A stretch of DNA of 64,000 bases from contig CM059431.1 of NCBI GenBank assembly GCA_030390025.1, forward strand, positions 99,326,001-99,390,000. The letters are read 5' to 3'. The first letter of the stretch is position 1; each line of letters begins with the position of its first letter. The stretch is from Squalus acanthias (lineage: Eukaryota). The position numbers and the translations under genes are program-made. Shown here piece by piece: positions 50,524 to 63,153 of the stretch. Under the pieces are notes generated by a model that was not told the DNA's origin, made no database searches, and saw only the letters and a program-made list of their open reading frames with translations.

Positions 50524-51066
50524 ATGGAGACAATGGAAATAGCTTAGATATACTGGATCTCTGATGCCAAAAAGCACGACTGTACGATGATATAAAATGC
50601 TCATTCCTGGGACTGAAGGCAGCAAACTGCATGTCTGTGGCATTGCCTTAGTGAGGAACTCAATGATGTTTGAGGAATTGTCCTGGGACCCAATTTGCAA
50701 TCCCTCTGTTACTCTCCTGTATTGTGTTTAAAATTCCTTAACTAGGGCTTTTCCTAAGAAAGTATGTCTGCAGTATTCAATCGCTCCAAAACATAAATCA
50801 TGTCACTCAGGGAGGAAAGCTGTATATCACATGACAGGCACAGTGTGCATTTCAAGAATAAACTCTACACTGTCTCACTTCAAAACTGCATGGTAGGGGA
50901 AGAGAAGGAATGTTTAATGAGACGTAATTTGAAAGTTGAGTGCGGCGTATCTCTTGTTTGTTTATCTGTTTCGGCGGGTGAGTGACAAGAGTGTAACAGC
51001 TTTGCTAAGAACCTAAGAAGGAAAGAATTGTATTTTGCCATCAATCTTATAAAAGTGGATATTAGA

Positions 51067-51231
51067 GGGTTGAATTTCTACGGGGGATGGGAGGGTTGAC
51101 CCAATTTATGCCGTAACTGGGTGGGGGGGGGGCGGAATATCCTGGAGAAACCCCATTTCTCTGGTGTTCTGCGGATCTTCTGCCGATGTTGCGGTGTATG
51201 ATTGAGAAATCACCTGTGGAAATTCAATCGC
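51067..51231. mobile_element. Short decayed MITE
   Basis: Imperfect TIR GGGTTGAATTTCTACGGG / CCTGTGGAAATTCAATCGC. Confidence 0.45.
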
Positions 51232-51472
51232 GAAGCATTTTTTCATGCAAGGATTGTCGAAATCTGGAACACTCTCTTCCCCCCCCACCATGCTGTGGAT
51301 GCTAGGGGGTCAATTGAAATTTTCAAGACTAAGGTGGATAGATTTTTGTTGGGTAAGGGTAACGAGGGATAAGGAGCAAAGGTGGGAAAATGGAGCTGAG
51401 GTACAGATCAGCCGTGATCTCATTGAATGGCGGAACAAGCTCGAGGGGCTGAATGGCCTCCTCCTGTTCCTA
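51232..51472 (+). mobile_element. CR1-like LINE 3' fragment
   Basis: Same subfamily tail as 11588-12030. Confidence 0.75.
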
Positions 51473-51859
51473 TCTTCCTTTGCCAAAGAGGTGAGTCTCT
51501 CATCTACCCTTGTATGGATCTTGGGGAAGAGCACACATCCTGGATAAAAATCAAAAGATTTACACCATGTGCTCCCAAAGCCTTCAGCTTCTCCATGAGA
51601 GCTACACAAGTGATTAGGTCGAAAGCCTTACGAAAATTGATTACAGCAATGTAAGTGGGTTTCCTCTGAATCTTACAAAGCTCTGCAATTTCATGTAAAG
51701 CCACAACCTACATGCACGTTTCTCCTGAGAGTCAAACTCAGGCTATTCCGAGCAATCCGAATTTTTCATTCTAATGAGGTCTGCACCATTCCACTATTTT
51801 CGTTCAGCACAATCACACAAGCTAATTTGTAACAAAAATTGGAGACGCCAAAATGTTTC

Positions 51860-52136
51860 TCTTGAGCATCCCCGATTTCAATCGCCCCACCATTGGCGGC
51901 CGTGCCTTCTGTTGCCTAGGCTCGAAGCTCTGGAATTCCCTCCCTAAACCTCTCCGCCTCTCTCTCCTCCTTTAAGACGCTCCTTAAAACCTACCTCTGT
52001 GACCAAGCTTTTGGTCACCTGTCCTAATATCTCCTTATGTGGCTCGGTGTGAAATTTTGTCTGAAAATCGCTGCTGTGCAGCGCCTTGGGACGTTTCTCT
52101 GTGTTAAAGGTGCTGTATAAACACAAGTTGTTGTTG
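51860..52136 (+). mobile_element. L2-clade LINE tail
   Basis: Matches ~10220-10495. Confidence 0.85.
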
Positions 52137-52779
52137 CAGCGTGTATTTCTAAATCATCTAATGTTAAGAACAGCTTGGCAATTGCATCTATGTATTGGTA
52201 AGTTCTGCTGCTTCAAATATATGAGAAAACTTTTCAATCTAACGACAGTGAGATGGCATTGGGCAGTCTAGATCCTTGGCGTGTATGAAGGTTCAGAGTG
52301 CCAGGAGTGTGCTGACTGAGAATCATTGACCAATAGTTCGAAGCAGAGGAGGAAAGCATCCATCAGTTCAATCAGGTGTTGGTGCGGTGCCAGAATTGAT
52401 TCAATGAGTGATTTAAAGACTCTCTCCAAGCCATGAAAAATGCCACCTTCTCTTTCCAGGTTTGGGGAAGCGGCACCGACAGCACACATTCTATTCGAAA
52501 GTTTCAAAATAAATCTTTCTTCGACCGACTGTGCCTGGCCGCTGAATTCCGATTAACAGATTTCTAAAAAAAGAAAAATCACGCTGCAGACAAACACCTT
52601 GCGATAAAAGGCCTTGGTTTTAGAGGACTCCTACCTGTGGTGTTGCCATGGTAACTCCACTCGGCGAGGCGTGGGTTGGGGGGAGTATTATCATCATCAG
52701 TTTGCATTATAAGTTTGGATGAAGGAATTTATAAGGGAAAAGTTAAGAGGAAGTGCAGACAGGTGCAAGATTCTTAATA

Positions 52780-52982
52780 GGCACTGCCTGATAGGGTGGT
52801 GGATACAGATTCAATAACAGCCTTCAAAAAGGAATTGGATAAATACTTGAAGGAGAAAAAATTGCAGGGATATGGGGAAAGAGCGGGGGAGTGGGACTAA
52901 CTGGATTGCTCTTCGAAAGAGCCGGCGCAGACTCGATGGGCCAAATGGCCTCCTCCTGTGCTGTACTATTCGATGATTCTAT
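52780..52982 (+). mobile_element. CR1-like LINE tail
   Basis: ALPDRVVDTDSITAFKKELDKYL plus tail. Confidence 0.8.
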
Positions 52983-53726
52983 GGGGGAGACATTCGGCTG
53001 CCTTGTGCCTCCCGTTAGCTAAGGGGTTAGCGACCGGGCACGGCGAATTCAGCGACGCCCGCGAACTTCCCTGCCGGTTTAGCGCTGGCGCTAACACTTA
53101 CCGCCTCGCCCTCTAGCGCCTCGCAGATCGTGGGGTCACAAAGTGCGCAGCGTCCCGTTACCCCCCCCACCTGCAAGATGTGAAATTGCCTCCCGCCCCC
53201 TGCTGTATCGCCGGGTATCAGCAACGGCAGGAAGAGGAAGCGTTGTCACCTCGGCTGGCCGCTTGGGGAGCGCTAATTAAAGGGAAGGGTTTTCAGATTG
53301 GCCAAACTTTATTCTTTGCGCCAGTCTGGTGCCTGCTGAAAGTTTTCGATGCTTTATTGTTGCGAGATGTCCAAGCCCTGCACTCTCTGGGAGTGTTCGG
53401 GGCTGTAATGGCAGGTCGCCTGGCAACACAGAACTGAGCAGAAGTATGTTGCGCGCCATCATTGGCCCTCCCCTTTAAGCGAGGGAAGCAGCCTCCGATG
53501 CCGTTAGCAATGCGCTCCACATTGTCCAGCGCTCTGCCGCTACTGCCCCACTCTCGCACTTTAGCGCCCTAAGAGAAGTGGTTAGTGCTTGATTTAGCGC
53601 TCCGCTTCCCTCTTGGAGCGCGAAAGCTCAATTTCCCAGGACCAGAGAATGATTATCGCCTGCCGATACTTTTCCGAGATTTCAAAAGTTATCACCCCAA
53701 CCGGGACGCTGGGGAATTTCTAGCCC
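52983..53726. mobile_element. CpG-rich MITE related to the 41052 element
   Basis: Imperfect termini GGGGGAGACATTC and GAATTTCTAGCCC. TAGCGC/GCGCTA motifs. Confidence 0.55.
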
Positions 53727-53937
53727 TGTGTGGTGTGTTGTAAGCCGGGTGGTCATGGAGAATTCAGACATCGGATGATGCTGCAATTTTGGGTGGTGCC
53801 AAAGTAAACTGAACACTTGATTGATTTCATTGTGTGGGACCGACAGTTTGATCGCAGCATTGGGTGACCTCAATCAAGGGGGGGATCTGGGAGCAGATGG
53901 TGAGATTACGATCTTCAGGCGAGTTTGTATATTTATT

Positions 53938-54073
53938 ACAAAAAGAAAATACTGCAGATGCTGGAGATCTGAAATAAAAACAGTAAATGCTGGAAATACT
54001 CAGCAGGTCAGGCAGCATCTGTGGAGAGAGAAACAGAGTTAACGTTTCAGGTCGATGACCTTTTGTCAGAAAA
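53938..54073 (-). mobile_element. Penelope-like terminal fragment with a damaged hammerhead
   Basis: Reverse complement of 13135-13274. Core reads CUGACAA (G8 lost). Confidence 0.65.
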
Positions 54074-54354
54074 AAGAGGGTTGGTATGTGAAGTAAAGTG
54101 AGCAACACATGAAAGACAAGATAGCGGAGCCATTGAACCTGGAGCACTGAATCAACAAACGAGACGACAGGAAGGGAGACGGGATATAAACTGGGAGAAA
54201 GAGAGAACGGGAGAATCGACGGAAGAGGCATGGGTTACGTCACCACCCAGAAAAAGAAAGACTTGCATTTCTATAGCGCCTTCACGACCTCAGGACATCC
54301 CAAGGCGCTTTACAGCCAATGAAGTACTTTTGAACACTTACATTATTAGAATAA

Positions 54355-55045
54355 CAGCAACAACTTGTATTTATACAGCGCCTTTAACGTAATAAACTGT
54401 CCTGCGGCGTTTCACAGGAGTGATTATCAAACAAAATTGACCCCGAGCCACATAAGGAGAAATTAGGGCAGGTGACCAAAAGCTTGGCCAAAGAGGTAGG
54501 TTTTAAGGTGCATCTTAAAGGAGGAGAGGGGCGGAGAGGTTTAGGGAGGGAACTCCAGAGCTTAGGGCCCAGGCAGCTGAAGGCACAGCCGCCAATGGTG
54601 GAGCGATTAAAATCGGGGATGCGCAAGAGGCCAGAAATTGGAGGAGCGCAGAGATCTCGGGGGGTTGTGGGGCTGGAGGAGGTTACAGAGATAGGGAGGG
54701 GGCGAGTCCATGGAGGGATTTGAAAACAAGAATTGAGACTTTTAAAATCGAGGCATTGCCGGACCGGGAGCCAATGTAGGTCAGCGAGCACAGCGGGTGA
54801 TGGGTGAACGGGACTTGGTGCGAGTTAGGACACGGGCAGCCGAGTTTTGGATGAGCTCAAGTTTACGGAGAGTGCAAGGTGGGAGGCCGACCAGGAGAGC
54901 GTTGGAATAGTCAAGTCTAGAGGCAACAAAGGCATGGACGAGGGTTTCAGCAGCGGATGAGCTGAGGCAGGGGCGGAGACGGGCGATGTTACGGAGGTGG
55001 AAGTAGGCAGTCTTGGTGATGGAGCGGATATGGGGTTGGAATCTC
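54355..55045 (-). mobile_element. L2-clade LINE 3' end
   Basis: HIRSITKTAYFHLRNIARLRPCLS...AFVASRLDYSNALL...LHWLPV. Confidence 0.9.
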
Positions 55046-55111
55046 ATTCGGCTTATTGAGCCCTATTATCAGTGAAGTATACTTCAATATTCCCTCTTGT
55101 GTTAGACATTG

Positions 55112-55730
55112 TTGGGATGTGAGCGTCGCTGGCAGGGCCAGCATTTATTGCCCATCCCTAATTGCCCTTGAGAAGGTGGTGGTGAGCCGCCTTCTTGAAC
55201 CGCTGCAGTCCGTGTGGTGAAGGTGCTCCCACAGTGCTGTTAGAGAGGGAGTTCCAGGATTTTGACCCAGCGACGATGAAGGATCGGCGATATATTTCCA
55301 TGTCAGGATGATGTGTGACTTGGAGGGGAACTTGGAGGTGGCTCACAGAATCACAGAATCCCCACAATGCAGATAGAGGCCATTTCAGCCCATCAAGCCT
55401 GCACCGACACATATCCTACCCTATTCCCCGTAACCCCACGTATTTAATCCCCCTAACACTAAGGGTCAATTTATCATAGCCAAATCAACCTAACCCGCAC
55501 ATCTTTGTACTGTGGGAGGAAACCGGAGCACCCGGAGGAAACCCACGCAGACACGGGGAGAATGTGCAAACTCCACACAGACAGTCACCCGAGGCCGGAT
55601 TCGAACCCGGGTCCCTGGCGCTGTGAGGCAACAGTGCTAACCACTATGCCAGGTGGTGGTGTTCCCATGAGCCTGCTGCCCTCGTCCTTCTAGGTGGAAG
55701 AGGTCGTGGGTTTGGGAGGTGCTGCCGAAG
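55112..55730 (-). mobile_element. LINE family B 3' fragment interrupted by an HE1 SINE
   Basis: LINE sequence is contiguous across 55342-55650. Confidence 0.85.
55342..55650 (-). mobile_element. HE1-type V-SINE
   Basis: tRNA-like head ggcatagtggttagcactg...ggttcgaatcc, V-domain tgtgtggagtttgcacattctccccgtgtctgcgtgggtttcctccgggtgctccgg, CR1-like tail. Flanking AGGTGG duplication. Confidence 0.85.
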
Positions 55731-56522
55731 TAGACTTGTTATTGATTGGTCCAATGTGTGGTCATACTGCCATAAAGTACCAGAAACTAGTCAAGAGAGC
55801 AGTCATGCATATCTACTGGCTGTCTTGTGATAAAATAGTACCAGGATGTTGACTGATACCATGGCAACTGTGGAAGTGTGATTCTTATTTGCAGTAACTC
55901 GCACCTCAAACCGTGTCCTCAGGAATCATTTAAACCAGTTTTGTTACAAATTCTGTGAAATAGTTCATAGAATCATGAACTGTGCATAACCCTGACCAAA
56001 GCAGATTCGAGGGCCGATAGACAAGCGATAAGTATTTTAGTTTGCTGTTTAAATGACTGCAGAGACCCTGACACAATACTCATCGAGACCCTTTGTAAAG
56101 CATGAGCTAGATACCTTTCAAAATCCCACCCCACCTCAACCCGATTTACAGTCCGCCCGACTGACGACAGAATTCGAGCCATTGGCAGAGGTGGATATTT
56201 ATGAAATGGGGATAAATTGTTGCAGCAGATTTTTGGCCATAATGGAGGTGTAGCTGGTTCCAACGCTGTTAAATCAAGCGTTATGGGTGGCCCACCTCAA
56301 TTACTGTAGTCTATAAAAAATCCGCAGTGACAGGCAATTAACATTTCTGTGGCTGTGTATCAAAAAAAGCCATTCCTAATTTCGGCACCGAACAATCGAA
56401 CCACTCCACCTAAACATAGGCCCCGGCATTTTGTGTGGAACTAGTTATGATTCAAATGTGAATAGGTTTAAAGGACTGCAGGAACAGAGAGACCTGGGGT
56501 GGGGGGGATGTACACAAATCTG

Positions 56523-57257
56523 AGAAAGAAAGACTCGCATTTCTACAGCGCCTTTCACGACCACTGGACGTCCCAAAGCGTGTTTCCGCCAATTAAGTCC
56601 TGTTTGAAGTGTAATGTAGTCACTGTTGTAATGTAGGAAAACGCAGCAGCCAATTTGCGCACAGCAAGCTTCCAAAAACAGCAATGTGATAATGACTGGA
56701 TAATCTGTTTTAATGATGTTAGTTGGGGGATAAATATTGGCCAGGACACCGGGGAGAACTCCCCTGCTCTTCTTCGAAATAGTGCCATGGAATCTCCCTC
56801 AGTACTGCCCCTCCGACAGTGCAGCGCTCCCTCAGTACTGCCCCTCTGACAGTGCAGCGCTCCCTCAGTACTGCCCCTCCGACAGTGCAGCACTCCCTCA
56901 GTACTGCCCCTCCGACAGTGCGGCGCTCCCTCAGTACTGCCGCTCCGACAGTGCGGCGCTCCCTCAGTACTGCCCCTCCGACAGTGCAGCGCTCCCTCAG
57001 TGCTGCCCCTCCGACAGTGCGGCGCTCCCTCAGTACTGCCCCTCCAACAGTGCAGCGCTCCCTCAGTACTGACCCTCCGACAGTGTGGCACTCCCTCAGT
57101 ACTGCCTCTCCGACAGTGCAGCGCTCCCTCAGTACTGCCCCTCCGACAGTGCGGCGCTCCCTCAGTACTGCCCCTCCAGCAGTGCAGCGCTCACTCAGTA
57201 CTGCCCCTCCGACAGTGGGGCGCTCCCTCAGTACTGCCCCTCCGACAGTGCGGCGCT
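56523..57257 (-). mobile_element. Deu-domain SINE fragment ending in a 33-bp array
   Basis: Tail and core followed by the array. Confidence 0.85.
56794..57257. repeat. 33-bp minisatellite (~14 copies)
   Basis: Same unit as 27232-27724. Confidence 0.95.
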
Positions 57258-57835
57258 TCTCAACCTTTATAAATCACTGGTTAGGCCTCAGCTGGAGTAT
57301 TGTGTCCAATTCTGGGCACCACAATTTAGGAAGGATGTCAAGGCCTTAGAGAGGGTGCGGAGGAGATTGACCAGAATGGTACCAGGGATGAGGGAGTTCA
57401 GTTATGTGGCGAGACTGGAGAAGCTGGGATTGTTCTCCTTAGAGCAGAGAAAGTTAAGAGGAGATTTAATCGAGGTGTTCAAAGTTATGAGGGGTTTTGA
57501 TCAGAGTAGATAAGGAGAAACTGTTTCCAGAGGGAAGGAGGGTCAGTAACCAGAGGACACAGATTTAAAGTAATTGGCAAAAGAACCAGAGGGTGAGATG
57601 AGGAGAATTTTCTTTATGCAGCGAGTTGTTGTGATCTGGAATGCGCTGCCTGAAAGGGCGGTGGAAGCAGATTCAATAGTAACTTTCAAAAGGGAATTGG
57701 AAAAATACTTGAAAAGGAAAAGATTTGCAGAGCTCTGAGGAAAGGGCAGGGGGAGTGGGACTAATTGGAGAGCTCTTTCAAAGAGCTGGCACAGGCACGA
57801 TGGGCTGAATGGCCTCCTGTGCTGTATCATTCTGT
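57258..57835 (+). mobile_element. CR1-like LINE 3' end
   Basis: LNLYKSLVRPQLEYCVQFWAPQFRKDVKALERV. Confidence 0.9.
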
Positions 57836-58145
57836 GAAAGTGATTGAAAATAAGATCAAATCAAAGAAAACATTGGATTTCAGGCAGTGACGACTCTGTC
57901 TATAACGGTTATATTTTAGCACTGGATCAGAAATATCTACTTGTATTCTGCATTACATGAGTATATTTTCCTCTTGTGGACAGAGTTAATCATTCTATTT
58001 TTGATTGTATTTAGTGATACCAATCAAAATGCTGGCGCTTCCAGTTATACTGCAGGCGGTTTGAAACAAAACAGATTCAAAAATGGGAAGAAGAGAAAAT
58101 CAGCCATTCATGACTGACCTGTGATAATGCTCATTTTCACAGCTC

Positions 58146-58850
58146 AGTGTCAGCCCTGGCTCAGTGGGCAGCACTCTCGCCTCTGAGTCAGAAGGTGTGG
58201 GTTCAAGTTCCACTCCAGAGACTTGAGCACAAAATCTAGACTGACACTTCAGTGCAGTACTGAGGGAGTGCTGCACTGTCAGAGGGTCAGTACTGAGGGA
58301 GTGCTGCACTGTCAGAGGGTCAGTACTGAGGGAGTGCTGCACTGTCAGAGGGTCAGTACTGAGGGAGTGCTGCACTGTCAGAGGGTCAGTACTGAGGGAG
58401 CGCTGCACTGTCAGAGGGTCAGTACTGAGGGAGCGCTGCACTGTGGGAGGTGCAGTACTGAGGGAGTGCTGCACTGTCAGAGGGTCAGTACTGAGGGAGT
58501 GCTGCACTGTCGGAGGTGCCATTTTTCGGATGAGGCGTTAAACCGAGGCCCCGTCTGCTCTCTCAGGTGGATGTAAAAGATCCCTTGGGCACTATTTTGA
58601 AGAAGAGCAGGGGAGTTCTACCTGGTGTCCTGGGGACAATATTTACCCCTCAACCAACATCACTAAAAACAGATTATCTGGTCATTGTCACATTGCTGTT
58701 TGTGGGAGCTTGCTGTGCGCAAATTGGCTGCCGTGTTTCCTACATTACAACAGTGACTACACTCCAAAAAGTACTTTATTGGCTGTAAAGCGCTTTGAGA
58801 CACCCTGAGGCTGTGAAAGACGCTGTAGAAATGCAAGCCTTTCTTTTTTC
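58146..58850 (+). mobile_element. Deu-domain SINE with ~8 x 33-bp expansion (58255-58516)
   Basis: Complete head and tail. Unit cagtactgagggagtgctgcactgtcagagggt. Confidence 0.9.
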
Positions 58851-58979
58851 TTACTTTGCACTTCTCAAATGGCCAAAATGGCATTAACGAGCGTTAGTAA
58901 CAAATCTGTTATTGGTCCAGCTGGGTGGAGTGTGCAAAGTGCACCTTTAATGGCCCAAATTCTTTTTGCCAATAACACC

Positions 58980-59300
58980 AAAAGCAGAATATTTCAGATG
59001 CTGAAAACATAAACTTGTTGGAAACACTCAGCAGGTCAGGCAACCTCTGTGAAGAGAGAAACAGAGTTAACGTTTCAGCTCGATGACCTTTCGTCAGAAC
59101 TGGAAGATGTTCGAGATTATAACCAAGTACAGGAGAGGAGGAAAGAATAAAAGGGAAGGTCTGTGATAGGATGAAAGGCAGGAGAGATTAAATGACAAAA
59201 GGGAGGATGGTGCGAGGCAAAAGGAGATGGTAATGGGCTAGTAAAGAAACAAAAGATGGGTCAAGAGGAGGTGTAAATGGCAACAGCAGAATAGCAGAGG
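58980..59300 (-). mobile_element. Penelope-like terminal fragment with a hammerhead motif (59065-59101)
   Basis: Core intact, one mismatch in helix II. Similar to 63345-63632. Confidence 0.65.
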
Positions 59301-59399
59301 GGGAGGGAAAATTTGGGAAAGAGGATAAGGATCCCATGGCCCGGGAATGTGGCGGGGAAAGGCGGGAGGGGAGTCCCCAGGGGTGCGGACCACCTCGCC

Positions 59400-59917
59400 A
59401 GCCCTCCCCCAACCCCACCCCCAGCACCAGCCCCCAACCCCTCCCCCACCCCCAGCACCGAGCCCTCCCCCTCCCCCACCCCCACCCCCAGCACCGAGCC
59501 CTCCCCCACCCCCACCCCCAGCACCGAGCCCTCCCCCCTCCCCCACCCCCAGTACCGAGCCCTCCCCCACCCCCAGCACCGAGCCCTCCCCCCTCCCCCA
59601 CCCCCAGTACCGAGCCCTCCCCCCTCCCCCACCCCCAGCACCGAGCCCTCCCCCACCCCCAGCACCGAGCCCTCCCCTCTCCCCCACCCCCAGCACCGAG
59701 CACCAGCCCTCCCCCTCCCCCACTCCCAGCACCAGCCCTCCCCCTCCCCCACCCCCAGCACCGAGCCCTCCCTCCTCCCCCACCCCCAGCACCGAGCCCT
59801 CCCCCTCCCCCTCCCCCACCCCCAGCACCGAGCCCTCCCCCACTCCCAGCACCGAGCACCAGCCCTCCCCCTCCCCCACCCCCAGCACCAGCCCTCCCCC
59901 TCCCCCACCCCCAGCAC
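59400..59917. repeat. C-rich variable-unit minisatellite (G-rich on the - strand)
   Basis: Variants of ccccaccccca gcaccgagccctcccc. Confidence 0.95.
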
Positions 59918-60212
59918 TGACCTAAACTCGCTCCCACTGCAACCCCATGGCTGTCCTGAATCTTGCTAACAGACCACAGGCTAAAATGAAGCCACTTGTT
60001 CCCCATCACTTAGTTACCTTTGGTGTTGTGCAAATGGACAATCATGGAATGTGACATTGTATTAGTTTTTTCCCCCCAAGGATACGAATACAGTAAATAC
60101 TGCTCAGCAAACAATCCCAGCACAGGTGCGATGGGCAGAATGGCCTCCTTCTGTGCTGTATCGTTCTGTGATTCTACATTAAACTGAGTGAACGCGACGC
60201 AACTGTCATCGC

Positions 60213-60375
60213 CAGTGTTCCCGTTAAGCTGCTCGGCTGCACAGCGGTCCGGAGATCCCGCGGAGGCCGCTCGCCGGCTTTTAAATGGAAAAAGCGCGCA
60301 TGCGCTGTAATTTGAATGGGCCGTAGCCGCCCTTTAAAGGGGCCGCTCACCAGAAAATAATTAGCGGGAACGTTG
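60213..60375. mobile_element. hAT-type MITE (family 1)
   Basis: CAGTGTTCCC...GGGAACGTTG. TSD GTCATCGC/GTCATTGC. Confidence 0.8.
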
Positions 60376-60444
60376 GTCATTGCATCTCCTATTTATTTAA
60401 CTGCGTTGTTTTAACTAACCTGGTAGGATTTAAACTATTGACCA

Positions 60445-60765
60445 GCAGTGTGCTGCTCTGTCGGAGGGGCCGTCTTTCGGATGAGATGTTAAACCGAGGC
60501 GCAGTTGGACGTAAAAGATCCTGGTGCCACTATTTTGAAGAAGAGCAGGGGGAGTTCTCTCCAGTGACCTGGGGCCAATATTAATCCCTCAACCAAGATA
60601 ACTAAAAACAGATTACCTGGCCATTATCACATTGCTGTTTGTGGGAGCTTGCTGTGCGCAAATTGGCTGTCGCGTTTCCCTACATTACAACAGTGACCAC
60701 ACTTCAGAAAAAGTACTTCATTGGCTGTAAAGCGCTTTGAGACGTCCTGAGGTGGTGAAAGGTGC
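60445..60765 (+). mobile_element. 5'-truncated Deu-domain SINE
   Basis: Core and tail only. Confidence 0.85.
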
Positions 60766-62416
60766 CTCGGTTTAACGTGTCATACCTTGTGTTTGTAAAG
60801 AAGCACTTTTTCAGGCCCCCTTAAACCACGCATAACCTATCTGCATTGGAAAAAAACACTTAAAAATAAAAAACACAATGGCTTGCGTCATTGCATCATT
60901 TTTTGTGCCCTACAGTCTAATGGCAGGTGCCATTAAAAAGGTCAAGATGCCTTTTGCTGATTGCAAGGGGCGTCTTGCAGTGCGGTGTTAATGAGCGCTG
61001 TGGCAATCTGCGCTGCCTTTGAAGTGGAAAGGTTAACGCTGTCTGGCGAAACAGCTTGGCAAATTCAGAGATCAGCTGCTGATGTCCCTTTCTATAATTA
61101 AATGACCAAATAAATTCACGGTTACTTGCTTAGCACTGAGTCCCGGAATGTACAAAGCTAGCAAAACATTTGTTTTGTTGTGAGCACATTATGAGCTAAA
61201 TCCATTATTTAATGCAGTTCTTTCTTTCCCTCTCTCTAAACGCCTTTTCTTTATTATGTTTTATCCAACACTTTTTTTTGTACGACGAAAGATAAATCCA
61301 AATGTATAAAATCCGCTTTTAAAAAATAAAATCTTGTTTAATCCCCCATCGGTATCAGATCCCTCTCCTCCTCACTGCCTTACTGCACGAAAGTGATAAA
61401 AAGATCTCTTTGCCCAAATGTAATTTTATGTGTGAATGTGTTGGAATTTCGGAATGTTGAAATGGGGACAGAAATCCGTGACTCTTTGTGAAAATAATTA
61501 GTCATATTTATCAGAGGCTCAATGCCTCTCTCAAATCCCAGGCTGATTTTAAAAACCACAGGCAGGAGTTGAAAGTTACACATCGACATCGTTGCTAAGA
61601 TCTCTCCTGGCTGCTGTGAAAAGAACCCGCTTTTATGCTTCTTGGTGCCTTCACTTGGGCGACCGTTAAACCTCCGGCGAGAATTTGTTTTGTCATTTTG
61701 AGTGTACAGCTTTATTCAGAACTTGGCAGCAGTTCTCTTGCTTTGTCATTTTTATTCTGGCGTGTATATGAATTTGGTTCTCGCACTGCAGTTATCTTGA
61801 GAACTGGTGCAGTGCAGCTCGCTCCCATCTGAATGGTATAATTGCTGATCTTCTGTTTGACTCTTGGACTGAACATTTTTTTTTAAGATGCAGGAGTGAT
61901 GGGAGGCATCCAGTCCCTTGCATTAAAACCGAATTAGCTTTGCAGTTTTTTTTTTAAGATTCTATCCTCGCTGGCAACATCACTGCTTTTCCAGCATTTC
62001 CATTTTTTATCTTGGCATTTGGAAGTGAAAATGTTTCTTCAAGGATTTGTTCCGACCTGGAGAAATCTCTCCCACTCCTGCTCCCTGGTGCTGTGCCTTT
62101 CTTGAGCAGAGAGTATTGTTTGAGTGTAATGTTTGCATCGTCAATGCTGTCAGCCCTGCTGATTCTCTGATTTAACTGTAAGATGAATTGTTTGTGTTGT
62201 TTGATGATTCCTAGGCAGTGTGTATTCATTACACGGTTGGCTTAATGCCCTGTTTGATTTGCCGTAAGATACATTTTTAAATCAAATTAAACGGTATTCA
62301 TTCTTTTTTTTTGGCATGAGTCAATTTCTGTGAAATTTCTTGTGTGTTTAAAAAGCATTGTCCTAATCCTACAGCACATTCTTCCCTCACCCTTTGTGTT
62401 CAATTTCAAAATCATT

Positions 62417-63153
62417 GGCCCAGAATTTGCTGCCAAAACGGCGGTGGGTTTAATGGCGCTCGCCGTTATTGACGTGCGAATCGGCCAGCAACTTGTGGCG
62501 AGGGAGAGATTCCCCATCAGTTGCGAATCGCCACAAGTTGCCGGACGATTTGCGCCGCTCGGCGAAAATGGGATCTCCCCGAGACTCAGGAAATTGCTGG
62601 ATGTTGGCATCAATTACCCATTAAACTCACCGCAGCAAGTTAGGGCTGGTACTTAACAGCGTAAGGACCCTTTTAATGAGGAGATTTATGTTCCTGCAAT
62701 GCCGCTCAACCTCTCCGGCCCAGAAAGGGAACAATTTAAACTGTGGAGTCTCACTCCTGCAGGTAGCAAATTGTTCTAAGAGATTTTTAATGTTTGTATT
62801 TTTTCCTTACTTTTCCTTTCCGTCTCTTTTCTCTCTCTCTTTTAATCCAGTCTTTCTTTCCCTCTCTTTATTTCTCTCTCTGTATCTGATTTGACTCTAA
62901 TTCACCCGATTTCCTTCTCCGTCGTTCCTCTGTTTCTTTCTCAATCCTTTAATCCTATTGGTTAAGGAGATAGACTGTTGGTCCCGTCGTTCACCGAGGT
63001 CCCAGATGCCCCGTTGCCCTCGCCGTGCCGTTAGCAGCTCGCACTGCCAGCGAGTTACAGGGCAAATGATATTCGAGCTGAATATAAGTGTGGGAAAAAA
63101 GTCTAACTAACAGGGCATGCTGCGAGATGCCCCACGCCAGCAAGATCTGGGTC
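62417..63153. mobile_element. Harbinger-type MITE
   Basis: Imperfect TIR GGCCCAGAATTTGCTG / CAGCAAGATCTGGGTC with a 3-bp TSD ATT (62414-62416 and 63154-63156). Confidence 0.75.
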
